From an uncultured Gammaproteobacteria bacterium (lineage in GTDB: Bacteria > Patescibacteriota > Microgenomatia > UBA10105 > UBA927): a stretch of 64,000 nucleotides of DNA. Numbering within the stretch: the first letter of the stretch is position 1; each line of letters begins with the position of its first letter. Shown in pieces: positions 48,504 through 57,199 of the stretch. The notes beneath the pieces were generated by a model. That model was not told where the DNA came from. It ran no database searches and was given only the letters and a program-made list of their open reading frames with translations. The translations under genes were made by a program, and so were the position numbers. The stretch spans positions 51,299-115,298 of the forward strand of contig CAYHHA010000001.1 in NCBI GenBank assembly GCA_964356315.1. The letters are read 5' to 3'.

Positions 48504-49977
48504 TCAATCTATCACCGCGAGTGCTCCTGGAAAATTATTGTTACTGGGGGATCACGCGATTGTCTACGGACAGCCCTGTATTGTCACTGCAGTCAATCAG
48601 CGGATGTTCGTGACGGTGTCCCAAACAAATGACGATCTATTGACCATTAACGCTCCTGATGTAGAAATTTCCGGATATCAAAAAGACATGCATGCGCTTA
48701 CCCAAGGGGATCTGCCGAAAGGGGTCAGATTTATTGAGCATGCCACCTATAATTATTTCAAAGCGTACCCGCATGAGGGTGGCGTTTCGATATCCACTGC
48801 ATCAGAATTTTCCAGCACGTTTGGTTTCGGTTCATCATCTGCGACAGTCGTCGCTGTTATAGTCTCGCTGTCTCAATTGTTTGAACAACATCTTGATAAC
48901 CGGGCGGTATTTGACCTTGCGTATAAAACGGTTTTAGATGTGCAGGGAGTTGGGAGTGGTTTTGATGTGGCCTCTGCAATCTGGGGAGGGACAATCTTTT
49001 ATTCAAACAAAGGAGAGCATATCGAGCCATTATCTATTGGAACGATTCCCTTGGTCGTCGGGTATAGTGGCACAAAAGCAGACACGACGACCATGGTCCA
49101 AAGTGTTGCCGAAAAGTATAAAGCGAATACCGAGAAAATGGACCGGATCTTTCTAGCAATCGGACAATTTGTAAACGATGCGAAAGAAAAATTACTTGAG
49201 GGCGATTGGGAGAGGGTGGGGAAGCTGATGGAGTTTAATCAGGAATACCTTCGGGACATTGGGGTTAGTACTGAAAAACTTGAAGGGATGATCCACGCAG
49301 CAAAACAAGCGGGAGCATACGGCGCAAAATTATCCGGAGCTGGAGGTGGGGATTGCATGATCGCCCTGGTCCCAGAGAGTCGTGCGCAGTCTATTTCAGA
49401 AGCTATGACAGCTGCTGGGGGACTGGTTTTGCCTGTTATCTGTGGGGCTCAAGGCGTTCGTGTTGAAACAACAGATAACCAAGATGAGCAGCTAATAGTG
49501 ATAAATGATCAGGATGAGATTATTGACTATCGATCTCGAAGTGATTGTCATTCTGATCCATCGCTTCTTCATAGAACAGTTGGCGCGGTAATACTAAATG
49601 ATTCTGGAGAAATTCTTCTGCAAAAGCGAAGTAAAACAAAAGATATGGATCCGGGGTTTTGGGGAATATCTGCAGCAGGTCATGTATCTCGTGGGCAAAC
49701 AGATGAAGAAGCGGTCAAAAGGGAAGTGAAAGAGGAGCTCGGCGTCGTAGTGGATTTTGTTTTTGTCGGCAATATGATGGTTCGAAACGAGAAAGAGTCA
49801 GAAAGGGCCGCGATATTTAAAGGGTTACATAATGGACCATTTGAAATAAATCCCCAGGAAGTTGATGAAATAGTTTTTTTGAATCCTAAAAAAATTCAGG
49901 CCCATATCGCGTCCAAAGCAATGGTGTTTACCAAAGCGGCGATCCAGGCGTTAACACTCACAGGAGCGCTTTCATGA
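48493..49977 (+). CDS. GHMP kinase (putative phosphomevalonate kinase) fused to a C-terminal IPP-isomerase-type-1-like Nudix domain
   Basis: N-terminal APGKLLLLGDHAIVYG plus FGFGSSSATVVAV GHMP motifs. C-terminal LLHRTVGAVILNDSGEILLQKRSKTKDMDPGFWGISAAGHVSRGQTDEEAVKREVKEELGV is colinear with E. coli Idi ([41 protein letters not shown]), but with Ala in place of the catalytic Cys. Confidence 0.7.
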   Translation: MKNNQSITASAPGKLLLLGDHAIVYGQPCIVTAVNQRMFVTVSQTNDDLLTINAPDVEISGYQKDMHALTQGDLPKGVRFIEHATYNYFKAYPHEGGVSISTASEFSSTFGFGSSSATVVAVIVSLSQLFEQHLDNRAVFDLAYKTVLDVQGVGSGFDVASAIWGGTIFYSNKGEHIEPLSIGTIPLVVGYSGTKADTTTMVQSVAEKYKANTEKMDRIFLAIGQFVNDAKEKLLEGDWERVGKLMEFNQEYLRDIGVSTEKLEGMIHAAKQAGAYGAKLSGAGGGDCMIALVPESRAQSISEAMTAAGGLVLPVICGAQGVRVETTDNQDEQLIVINDQDEIIDYRSRSDCHSDPSLLHRTVGAVILNDSGEILLQKRSKTKDMDPGFWGISAAGHVSRGQTDEEAVKREVKEELGVVVDFVFVGNMMVRNEKESERAAIFKGLHNGPFEINPQEVDEIVFLNPKKIQAHIASKAMVFTKAAIQALTLTGALS

Positions 49978-50957
49978 AAATCACCGCGCAGGCCCCAGCA
50001 AATATTGCATTTTTAAAATACTGGGGGAAAACTGATGATGCACTCCGGATCCCTGCAAACTCGTCGTTCTCGATGAATCTTTCTGAGGCAATTACCACAA
50101 CTACCGTAGAGTTTTCAGACGCACTGTCTCGGGATGTTGTTGAGTTTGAGGGGGATTCCCTTTCAGAACATGAAATAAGCCGTATTGTTCATTTCCTTGA
50201 CCTAGTTCGCGACAGAGCGGGGGTCCGCCTGTTTGCGCGAGTACGAACGAAAAATTCTTTCCCGAAAGGAGCAGGGGTTGCATCTTCTGCATCAGGATTT
50301 GCTGCGCTTGCTGTGGCATCAGTCAACGCAATCGGACTTTCTCTCTCGGAAAAGGAATTATCTATTCTTGCTCGGCTTGGATCTGGTTCCGCATGCAGAA
50401 GCATCCCTGATGGGTTTGTTAGGTGGGAAAAAGGTCAGGGGACGAGCGACACCTCCTTTGCTCACTCTGTTGCGCCAGCTGATTTTTGGGATATACGCGA
50501 TATCCTTTGCATTGTGGATCCTGCGATGAAAAAGGTGTCCACAACAGATGGGCATACATTTGCTTCAACAAGCCCATTATGGAACAAGAGAATGGAGCAG
50601 TTGCCGTCTGTTGACGTAGCCATGATGGATGCGTTTTGGAAAAAAGACTTCTCTATATTTGGGCAAATAGTTGAGGGTGAATGCGATAACATGCATGCGG
50701 TAATGCAGTCACAGACCCCTCCACTCTATTACTGGTCTGATGCGACTGTTAATATCATGGAAAAAGTAAAAGAGTGGCGCGCACAAGGGGTATCCGTTTA
50801 TTATACGATCGATGCGGGAGCCAACGTGCATGTGCTTTGCGAACAAAAAAACGAAGCTGTTGTTGCACAGCTAGCTGGGAATTGTGCGGGAGTTCTGCGC
50901 ATTGTAATAAACCGACCGGCAAACGGCGCGAGAGTAATTCACTCTCACTTATTTTAA
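49974..50957 (+). CDS. mvaD: Diphosphomevalonate decarboxylase
   Basis: N-terminal APANIAFLKYWGK motif; GHMP fold; 4-nt overlap with the upstream kinase gene. Confidence 0.85.
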   Translation: MKITAQAPANIAFLKYWGKTDDALRIPANSSFSMNLSEAITTTTVEFSDALSRDVVEFEGDSLSEHEISRIVHFLDLVRDRAGVRLFARVRTKNSFPKGAGVASSASGFAALAVASVNAIGLSLSEKELSILARLGSGSACRSIPDGFVRWEKGQGTSDTSFAHSVAPADFWDIRDILCIVDPAMKKVSTTDGHTFASTSPLWNKRMEQLPSVDVAMMDAFWKKDFSIFGQIVEGECDNMHAVMQSQTPPLYYWSDATVNIMEKVKEWRAQGVSVYYTIDAGANVHVLCEQKNEAVVAQLAGNCAGVLRIVINRPANGARVIHSHLF

Positions 50958-50987
50958 CCATGAACAATGAACCATGAACCATGAACA
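50958..50987. repeat. (AACCATG/AACAATG)x4 heptamer array whose last unit supplies the uppS ATG
   Basis: ttaACCATGAACAATGAACCATGAACCATGAACACTAAG; uppS begins ATGAACACT. Confidence 0.8.
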
Positions 50988-51691
50988 CTAAGTCACACAC
51001 AATTCCCAAGCACATTGCCATCATTATGGATGGAAACAGGCGGTGGGCCAAAGAGCACCATCTTCCGATTCTTGAGGGTCACAGAAGAGTTGTCGATACG
51101 ATTTTGGAGCCCCTTATCGAGCATGCGTCTGACTGTGGCATATCCTATCTGACGCTCTGGGCATGGTCAACAGAAAACTGGAAACGGGACAGCACCGAGG
51201 TTCAAGGGATTATGAATCTCCTCCGGTACGGGTTTAAAACATTTGGAAATCGAATGCACAAAAAAGGCATCCGAATACGGATCATTGGTGACACGAGTCA
51301 ATTTGATGAGGATATTCAAACGCTTCTTTCATCATATGTTGAAAAAACAAAAGAGAATACGAAGATCACTGTTGTGTTTGCTCTTAATTACGGCGGGAGA
51401 GATGAAATTATTCGAGCAATACATTCTATGAGCCAAGATCCAAGATCCAAAATCCAAGATCCAAAAATATCTGAAGAATATTTTTCACAATTTTTAGACA
51501 CTGCTGGCATTCCAGATCCGGATATCATTGTGCGAACCGGAGGAGAGAAGCGACTAAGTGGGTTTTTGCTCTGGCAGAGTCAGTATAGTGAATTGTTTTT
51601 TGAAGATTGGCATATGCCGGATTTTATCGCGGAAAAATTGGATGAGATTCTGTCCGAGTTTGAGCATCGTCAGCGGAGGTTTGGGGCGTAA
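50981..51691 (+). CDS. uppS: Undecaprenyl-diphosphate synthase (cis-prenyltransferase)
   Basis: IIMDGNRRWAKE and ALNYGGR...RTGGEKRLSGFLLWQ motifs. Confidence 0.9.
   Translation: MNTKSHTIPKHIAIIMDGNRRWAKEHHLPILEGHRRVVDTILEPLIEHASDCGISYLTLWAWSTENWKRDSTEVQGIMNLLRYGFKTFGNRMHKKGIRIRIIGDTSQFDEDIQTLLSSYVEKTKENTKITVVFALNYGGRDEIIRAIHSMSQDPRSKIQDPKISEEYFSQFLDTAGIPDPDIIVRTGGEKRLSGFLLWQSQYSELFFEDWHMPDFIAEKLDEILSEFEHRQRRFGA
51434..51468. repeat. In-frame (CAAGATC/CAAAATC)x5 heptamer array inside the uppS coding sequence
   Basis: agccaagatccaagatccaaaatccaagatccaaaaat encodes the SQDPRSKIQDPKIS insert in a variable loop of UppS. Confidence 0.75.
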
Positions 51692-51694
51692 GGG

Positions 51695-52039
51695 TTATCC
51701 AAAAATTGCTTTGATTGCGTCAAATCCAAAGACGAACCCAAAGATTTGCACCATCCAATACGCAGAGAAGATAATGAAGAATCCCAAAATAGCATAGGTA
51801 ATTTGTTGTTTCCCTTTTTCAAGACTTTTCGCATCTCCAGCGCTGGTTAAAAATGTGAATCCTCCCAAAAGAAGCATTAAAAGAAGTCCAATGCCACCAA
51901 ACAGAAATACCAATTTCATAGCGCTAGATACAAGACCGCCGACACCCATGCCTGCAGCGCCACCTTCGAGAGGGCCATTTACAGAAGCGGAAGTGCCTAC
52001 CCACGGAAGTGTGAGGTTTTGCGCAAGTTGTTTTATCAT
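51695..52039 (-). CDS. TrbC/VirB2-like T4SS pilin paralog 7 (distal copy)
   Basis: LTSAGDAKSLEKGKQQITYAILGFFIIFSAYW: the same motif as the six-gene array at 39.6-42 kb. Confidence 0.6.
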   Translation of the reverse strand: MIKQLAQNLTLPWVGTSASVNGPLEGGAAGMGVGGLVSSAMKLVFLFGGIGLLLMLLLGGFTFLTSAGDAKSLEKGKQQITYAILGFFIIFSAYWMVQIFGFVFGFDAIKAIFG

Positions 52040-52042
52040 AAT

Positions 52043-52507
52043 TTATTTAAATCCTGGTATTCCAATAATATTAACTCCAATAAACTGTAGGATAAATATA
52101 GAGAAAATAATCAGAAGAAGTCCTGTGATTGCAGATGTGACAAGTTCTCGACCAGCATTTAGTTGCTCTGGATTTCCGGCACTGGTCATAATCTGAAGCC
52201 CGCCAAATAAAATTAACAAGAACGCAATGCCACCCGCTATTCCCATAGCGAACCTGATTACTTTTTCCAACAAACTATTCGGATTAGATTGAATATCATC
52301 AATACAGCCAATCGCTGTCCAAACTCCTGGAGAAGTGTCATCTCCCATACAACTCTCGCAACCTGATTTTTGCTTAGGGTCTGTGATCGTGCTACAGGCC
52401 CTCGTGTTTATCTCAAAGGCCGTTTTCTCTGCTTTTACGACAAAAACATGTCCTACTAAAGCTGTGAATACTATGAAAAAAGCCGTAACAACGCCAAATA
52501 TACGCAT
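52043..52507 (-). CDS. TrbC/VirB2-like pilin paralog 8 with Cys-rich N-terminal extension
   Basis: Signal peptide, a segment with five Cys, then IMTSAGNPEQLNAGRELVTSAITGLLLIIFSIF. Confidence 0.5.
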   Translation of the reverse strand: MRIFGVVTAFFIVFTALVGHVFVVKAEKTAFEINTRACSTITDPKQKSGCESCMGDDTSPGVWTAIGCIDDIQSNPNSLLEKVIRFAMGIAGGIAFLLILFGGLQIMTSAGNPEQLNAGRELVTSAITGLLLIIFSIFILQFIGVNIIGIPGFK

Positions 52508-52570
52508 GTCTTAAGTGTACCAAATTACCCGAGGGAAAGAAAGAATGATAGAATGGAAGAGGCCTTATAT

Positions 52571-52729
52571 AATAAGGAATAATAAATAATAAATAAGGAA
52601 TAATAAAGAATAAAATAAGGAATACATACATCATGAAGTATCAAACACAAAAAATTGCACATAGAGTGTTCCTCATTTGTATATTTGTTGCTTGTTATTC
52701 CTTATTCCTTATTCCTTATTCCTTATTCC
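52571..52729. repeat. Inverted heptamer arrays (GGAATAA-type upstream, (TTATTCC)x5 downstream) bracketing the start codon of the SpoIID-like gene, within the divergent promoter shared with pilin paralog 8
   Basis: 52571-52625 aataaggaataataaataataaataaggaataataaagaataaaataaggaatac; 52695-52729 ttattccttattccttattccttattccttattcc. The latter encodes SLFLIPYSLFLIS of the signal peptide. Confidence 0.8.
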
Positions 52730-54381
52730 TTATTTCCCCGGTTCACGCTGCGGAATGTGATCCAAGTTGCGCAAACGCGATTGAATGCCGGGATAAAATT
52801 GCCAAATGTAAAGAAGCATGGGATCAGATGGAGTCAGCAAAACGCCCCCATGTCGATGCGCTCAAAAAAATGGAGTCGGATATCGCGATATTTCAAAATC
52901 GCATAAAATCTATCGAAATTTCTGTTGTCCAAAAAGCCTCTGCGATCGCAAAAGGGGAAGAACAGCTCGGAGAGCTCTTGATTCTGGCAAACCGCAGGAT
53001 ACGGGAATTTTATATAAATAATACGCGATTTACGCCCCTTTCCACATTTTTAGCTTCTACATCCATAGGTTCGATGTTGCGTGTGATGGCATACCAAAAT
53101 GCTGTGGTAAACACCGATAAAAAGGCTATTACCCAAACGGCAATTTCAGTAAAAGATCTGGAGGATAAGAAAAAATCCCTCGAACAGGAAAAAAGCTCCC
53201 TTGCGTATCTAAAAGAAGAAACAGACAAGAGAGCCGCGTCCGTGCGAAAGCTCGTGGGCGATGCGGACGCATATCAGAGTAAATTAACCGGCATCATCGC
53301 AAATCTTTCCACGTTGCAACAGTCTATTTTGAGCGCAAAAACGGGGACGTTTCAAACAAGTGTCGGTGATGTTCCGCTGGCAGATGATACTGCTTCCAGG
53401 CCGGATTATAATCCTGGATTTTCACCGGCGTTCGCCGCATTTAGTTTTGGCGCCCCGCACTTTAAAGGAATGAGCCAGTATGGAGCGTTTGGGCGGGCAA
53501 AAAGTGGCCAAAATTATGAACAGATACTCAAGGCCTACTATGGATCGGGGATAGAAATACGTGATCACAATCCGGATGCACAAATAAATGTGACAGGGTA
53601 CGGATCCTACTCTTTGGAAGACTATGCAAAACGGATCTATGAAATGCCAGGTAGCTGGGGGGACGAAGGGGGAATGGAGGCTCTGAAGGCTCAGGCGATC
53701 GCGGCGAGAAGCTATGCACTGGCGCGGGGAAGCACTATTTGTGCAACCGAGAGTTGTCAGGTGTTTAAACCGGGAGCAAAAGGTGGAAAATGGGAGGAGG
53801 CGGTAAATCAAACGCGAGGGAAAGTGGTGTATGCAAACGGATCGCCATTTTCAACATGGTATGCATCAACCAGTGGAGGATATCAGGAGTCATACAGCGC
53901 AAATGGCTATACAACACCTGGGTTTTGGGATACGGCAAATGGGAGAAGTGGATGGACCAGTCAAGCGTATGAAAAAATTGGAGGAAGTCCTTGGTTTTAT
54001 AAAGGGTGGTGGAAGGATAGATCTGGAGACAGTTGTGGCAGAAGTCACCCGTGGTTAAACAGTGAAGAAATGGCAGACATCCTAAACGCATGGTCCGCCT
54101 TATTCAAAGGGGGCGGGGATAGCTCTCGAGTGACTCCGAAGGGATCGTGTTGGGGTGGGAATCCGTATAACACCGACGAACTGCGGTCGATCGGAGGATT
54201 TTCTAGTGTCTCCGGAGTGAATGTGACCTATTCCGACGGTGGCGTAACTGCTAACGTGACGTTTGAAACAAACAAAGGAAGTGTGACAATAAATGGAAAC
54301 GATTTTTATAAATCGTTTAATCTACGAGCTCCTGGGAGGATTTCTCTAAAGTCTGGACTCTATAACATTGAGAAAAAGTAA
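52633..54381 (+). CDS. SpoIID/LytB-domain protein with signal peptide and N-terminal coiled coil
   Basis: EALKAQAIAARSYALARGS...CATESCQVF motif typical of SpoIID/LytB (lytic transglycosylase/amidase enhancer) domain; coiled-coil segment at residues 60-230. Confidence 0.65.
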   Translation: MKYQTQKIAHRVFLICIFVACYSLFLIPYSLFLISPVHAAECDPSCANAIECRDKIAKCKEAWDQMESAKRPHVDALKKMESDIAIFQNRIKSIEISVVQKASAIAKGEEQLGELLILANRRIREFYINNTRFTPLSTFLASTSIGSMLRVMAYQNAVVNTDKKAITQTAISVKDLEDKKKSLEQEKSSLAYLKEETDKRAASVRKLVGDADAYQSKLTGIIANLSTLQQSILSAKTGTFQTSVGDVPLADDTASRPDYNPGFSPAFAAFSFGAPHFKGMSQYGAFGRAKSGQNYEQILKAYYGSGIEIRDHNPDAQINVTGYGSYSLEDYAKRIYEMPGSWGDEGGMEALKAQAIAARSYALARGSTICATESCQVFKPGAKGGKWEEAVNQTRGKVVYANGSPFSTWYASTSGGYQESYSANGYTTPGFWDTANGRSGWTSQAYEKIGGSPWFYKGWWKDRSGDSCGRSHPWLNSEEMADILNAWSALFKGGGDSSRVTPKGSCWGGNPYNTDELRSIGGFSSVSGVNVTYSDGGVTANVTFETNKGSVTINGNDFYKSFNLRAPGRISLKSGLYNIEKK

Positions 54382-54403
54382 GTGTTTGTAGTACAATAGA
54401 AGC

Positions 54404-55063
54404 GTGCCAACTGTATTTGAGTCTTCAAAAAAAACCACACCCACCCCTTCTGATATAAAAAAATCAGATACTACTTCGATGAAGAAAGAATCGCTAGGGA
54501 AGCGGGCAATGGGTCCTCTTGCTTGTTTTGCTCTCAATCCTTCTGGCGTACGGTTTGAGACTCAAGACGAAAATGAAGTAGTTGAATTGTTTTTGAGGCA
54601 ACATTTTATCGTCAACGTTCCATGGTTGTTCACCACTCTATTTCTCTTATTTGTCCCAGCGGTGTTTGCTCCACTTTTATTTCAATCTCTCGGAGTTTTT
54701 TCTAGTATCCCGTTTGGATATGGAATTGTTGGAGCTGCATTTTGGTACACTGCCGTGTTTGGATTTGTCCTCGCAAAATTTTTAGGATGGTTTTTTAATA
54801 TCTATATCGTGACGAACGAGCGTGTGGTTGATATCGATTTTTATAATTTGCTCTATAAAAAATTTTCCCAAGCAGAGCTCGACAAGATTCAGGATACATC
54901 GTTTGAGTCGGGTGGTATCGTTGCTACATTTTTCAATTATGGAAATGTATCTGTGCAGACTGCTGGAGAGTCTCCAAATCTAGAGTTTGACAAGGTGCCG
55001 TATCCTGAGCGCGTTGTGGAAACTATCAGACGTCTTACGGAAAATAAGGAGAAAAAACCATGA
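54404..55063 (+). CDS. Membrane protein with bacterial PH-like (bPH_2/YdbT-like) domain
   Basis: Two TM helices followed by IYIVTNERVVDIDF...GNVSVQTAG pattern. Confidence 0.4.
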   Translation: MPTVFESSKKTTPTPSDIKKSDTTSMKKESLGKRAMGPLACFALNPSGVRFETQDENEVVELFLRQHFIVNVPWLFTTLFLLFVPAVFAPLLFQSLGVFSSIPFGYGIVGAAFWYTAVFGFVLAKFLGWFFNIYIVTNERVVDIDFYNLLYKKFSQAELDKIQDTSFESGGIVATFFNYGNVSVQTAGESPNLEFDKVPYPERVVETIRRLTENKEKKP

Positions 55064-55278
55064 GCCCAGATGTCTTACCTGTTGTCATGTTGATCTTAAA
55101 GGTTCTCGTGATTCTATCTCTTTTGATTTATGCAGTTTTCGCTTTTGTGATGGTCAGGCAAGAACATCTCATGGAAACTGTCCTGGAGGAGAAATTTGAG
55201 CCGGTGCTTCGATTGCTTACGTATATTCACATGGCGCTGTCCATTGGGCTCATTTTATTGGCTCTCGTTCTTCTGTAA
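55060..55278 (+). CDS. Small two-TM membrane protein
   Basis: 72 aa, two hydrophobic helices; 4-nt overlap with the upstream gene. Confidence 0.25.
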   Translation: MSPDVLPVVMLILKVLVILSLLIYAVFAFVMVRQEHLMETVLEEKFEPVLRLLTYIHMALSIGLILLALVLL

Positions 55279-55320
55279 TCTTTTCGTCAGCGTGACCCTT
55301 CTTCATGGTACACTAGATTT

Positions 55321-57171
55321 ATGCGGATAAAGCCTTCACTCGGTTTAGTCGTTGGTCCTGTAAATGCTACCCATTGGAGTCAAGTGTTGACTATGCCTAG
55401 CGCATACGGAGTGGTTGAGGTCCGCGATCCTTCTGGTCATGCGCAGGAGCATGGAGTTCGTGTCTTGTCCCAGTTGGGAGAAGGGCTCAATCATGAGATA
55501 TTGAGTCTTCGTGAGTTGGAAAAAATATGCGACGCTATACCCACAGAATATCTTTGTTCTTTGATTGTGTTTGTTCCTGTTGGAAAGGTCATATATTTGG
55601 TCATGAAGGGGAAAGGTATTGTGTATGTAAAACGTGGATCAGAACTTGCAAGTCTGATGCATCAGGATGGATCGATCTCCGGCGAAGTAAAAATACATGA
55701 CACCCTTCTTTTAGCATCTGAGGGGTTCTCTGGCGTACTTACTCATGAGGAGTTGTCGGGATTATTTGACCATTTGCCTCCTTCGGAAATTGCAGAAAAG
55801 CTAACACTGCTTCTTCATGAAAAAACGGGTGGAGAGGGGAGTGTCGCGCTCGTATTTGGGGTGACAGAATTTATTGATCCAGAGGTCGTGGTTCTAGAAC
55901 ACAGCGAAGACAAAAATTTTCCAAGTATCGTCGAGGAAATTTCGCCCGATAAAAAAGTGGGAGTGAAGCAGGTTGATGAGCCCGTGTCTTTGGTGTCAAA
56001 GGTCGGAAATAAATTTCTGCATGTCCCAAAAATTTCTCTAAAGGAATTGATCGCCAAGATCAAATCTCAACCAAAAATAATCACTGCGAGTTTCGCCATT
56101 GTATTTACTCTATTTTTTATTGTCAGTGTTATCTTGGGAGTCATAAAGCAGAGAAGCGTCACAATGAATCAAAAGGTTGCAGTGATATTGTCTCAGGCTC
56201 AGCATTCGCTCGATGAAGGAGTTGCTTTGGTAGAGCTTAACCCGGCGAAAGGCAGAGAACGGTTAGAAGAAGCGAAAAGGTTGGTAGAACCGCTTCGAGA
56301 AACGGTTTCCACAAGGACCATGGAAGGGAGGAGGGTTGCAGAGCTCTATAGGACAATTTCGGACAATCTGACACAGGCATTGCATATCACAAAAATAGAC
56401 CCTGTATTGTATTACGATGTATCTCTGGTCAAAAAAGAGGGAGTAATCCATTCGATGGCACGGGATGGAGAAGATTTGGTGATGTCCGATAGCGCAACCA
56501 GCACGATTTATCGCATGGATGTAGCTTCCAAAAATGCGCAAATCATCGGCGGGGGGACTGACATGAAAGGGTCGCTCCTTGTCACGTCGCACGGGAAAAA
56601 ATCCTATGCGATGACAGATGCCGGGGTTATGGAAATCTCTCCTGGCACAAAAAAGCCACTGCTTGCTATAAAAAAAGATGAAGAATGGGGGACTATTCAG
56701 TCGGTAATTTCTTTTGGTGGAAACATCTATCTATTAGATGTGATAAAAAGTCGGATTTGGAAATATGTTGCGACAGAAAAATCATTTTCAGAGCGCAGAG
56801 AGTATTTAAATCCTGACACGCTTCCTGACTTGACTCGCACCAGTGGTATGGCTATCGATGGATCGGTATTTATGGGAAATGCGGATGGATCAATACTTCG
56901 GTTTACCCAGGGGAAAGAAAATACGTTTATCGTAAAGGGTGTTGATCCAGCGTTTGGGCCTTCCCCGATTGTTTATGCAAGTGATGATGCTAAATTTATT
57001 TATGTATTGGACGGAAAAAATTCCCGTATCGTCGTGTTGGACAAAGAGGGGATGTATGTGGCCCAGTATCAATACTCAGGAGAAATACCAAAACAATTTG
57101 TGGTATATGAAGAATTAAAAAAGATAGTGCTTCTCATCGGCGGGAAGTTATACACAATAGATTTGAAATAA
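55321..57171 (+). CDS. Hypothetical 616-aa single-pass membrane protein (N-terminal cytoplasmic domain, C-terminal beta-rich domain)
   Basis: Central TM (IITASFAIVFTLFFIVSVILGVI); no confident motif. Confidence 0.3.
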   Translation: MRIKPSLGLVVGPVNATHWSQVLTMPSAYGVVEVRDPSGHAQEHGVRVLSQLGEGLNHEILSLRELEKICDAIPTEYLCSLIVFVPVGKVIYLVMKGKGIVYVKRGSELASLMHQDGSISGEVKIHDTLLLASEGFSGVLTHEELSGLFDHLPPSEIAEKLTLLLHEKTGGEGSVALVFGVTEFIDPEVVVLEHSEDKNFPSIVEEISPDKKVGVKQVDEPVSLVSKVGNKFLHVPKISLKELIAKIKSQPKIITASFAIVFTLFFIVSVILGVIKQRSVTMNQKVAVILSQAQHSLDEGVALVELNPAKGRERLEEAKRLVEPLRETVSTRTMEGRRVAELYRTISDNLTQALHITKIDPVLYYDVSLVKKEGVIHSMARDGEDLVMSDSATSTIYRMDVASKNAQIIGGGTDMKGSLLVTSHGKKSYAMTDAGVMEISPGTKKPLLAIKKDEEWGTIQSVISFGGNIYLLDVIKSRIWKYVATEKSFSERREYLNPDTLPDLTRTSGMAIDGSVFMGNADGSILRFTQGKENTFIVKGVDPAFGPSPIVYASDDAKFIYVLDGKNSRIVVLDKEGMYVAQYQYSGEIPKQFVVYEELKKIVLLIGGKLYTIDLK

Positions 57172-57199
57172 CCCCTTTTTCGTTTCTCTTTAGTACCGC

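Noticed and set aside
43683-50957. Window being archaeal (class I HMGR, archaeal thiolase/HMGCS/DUF35, GT-C)
   Set aside because: DnaA/DnaN, sigma-70 ECF factor, SmpB/tmRNA, ComF and NadD are bacterial; archaeal-type MVA genes are interpreted as acquired or ancestral within a bacterium.
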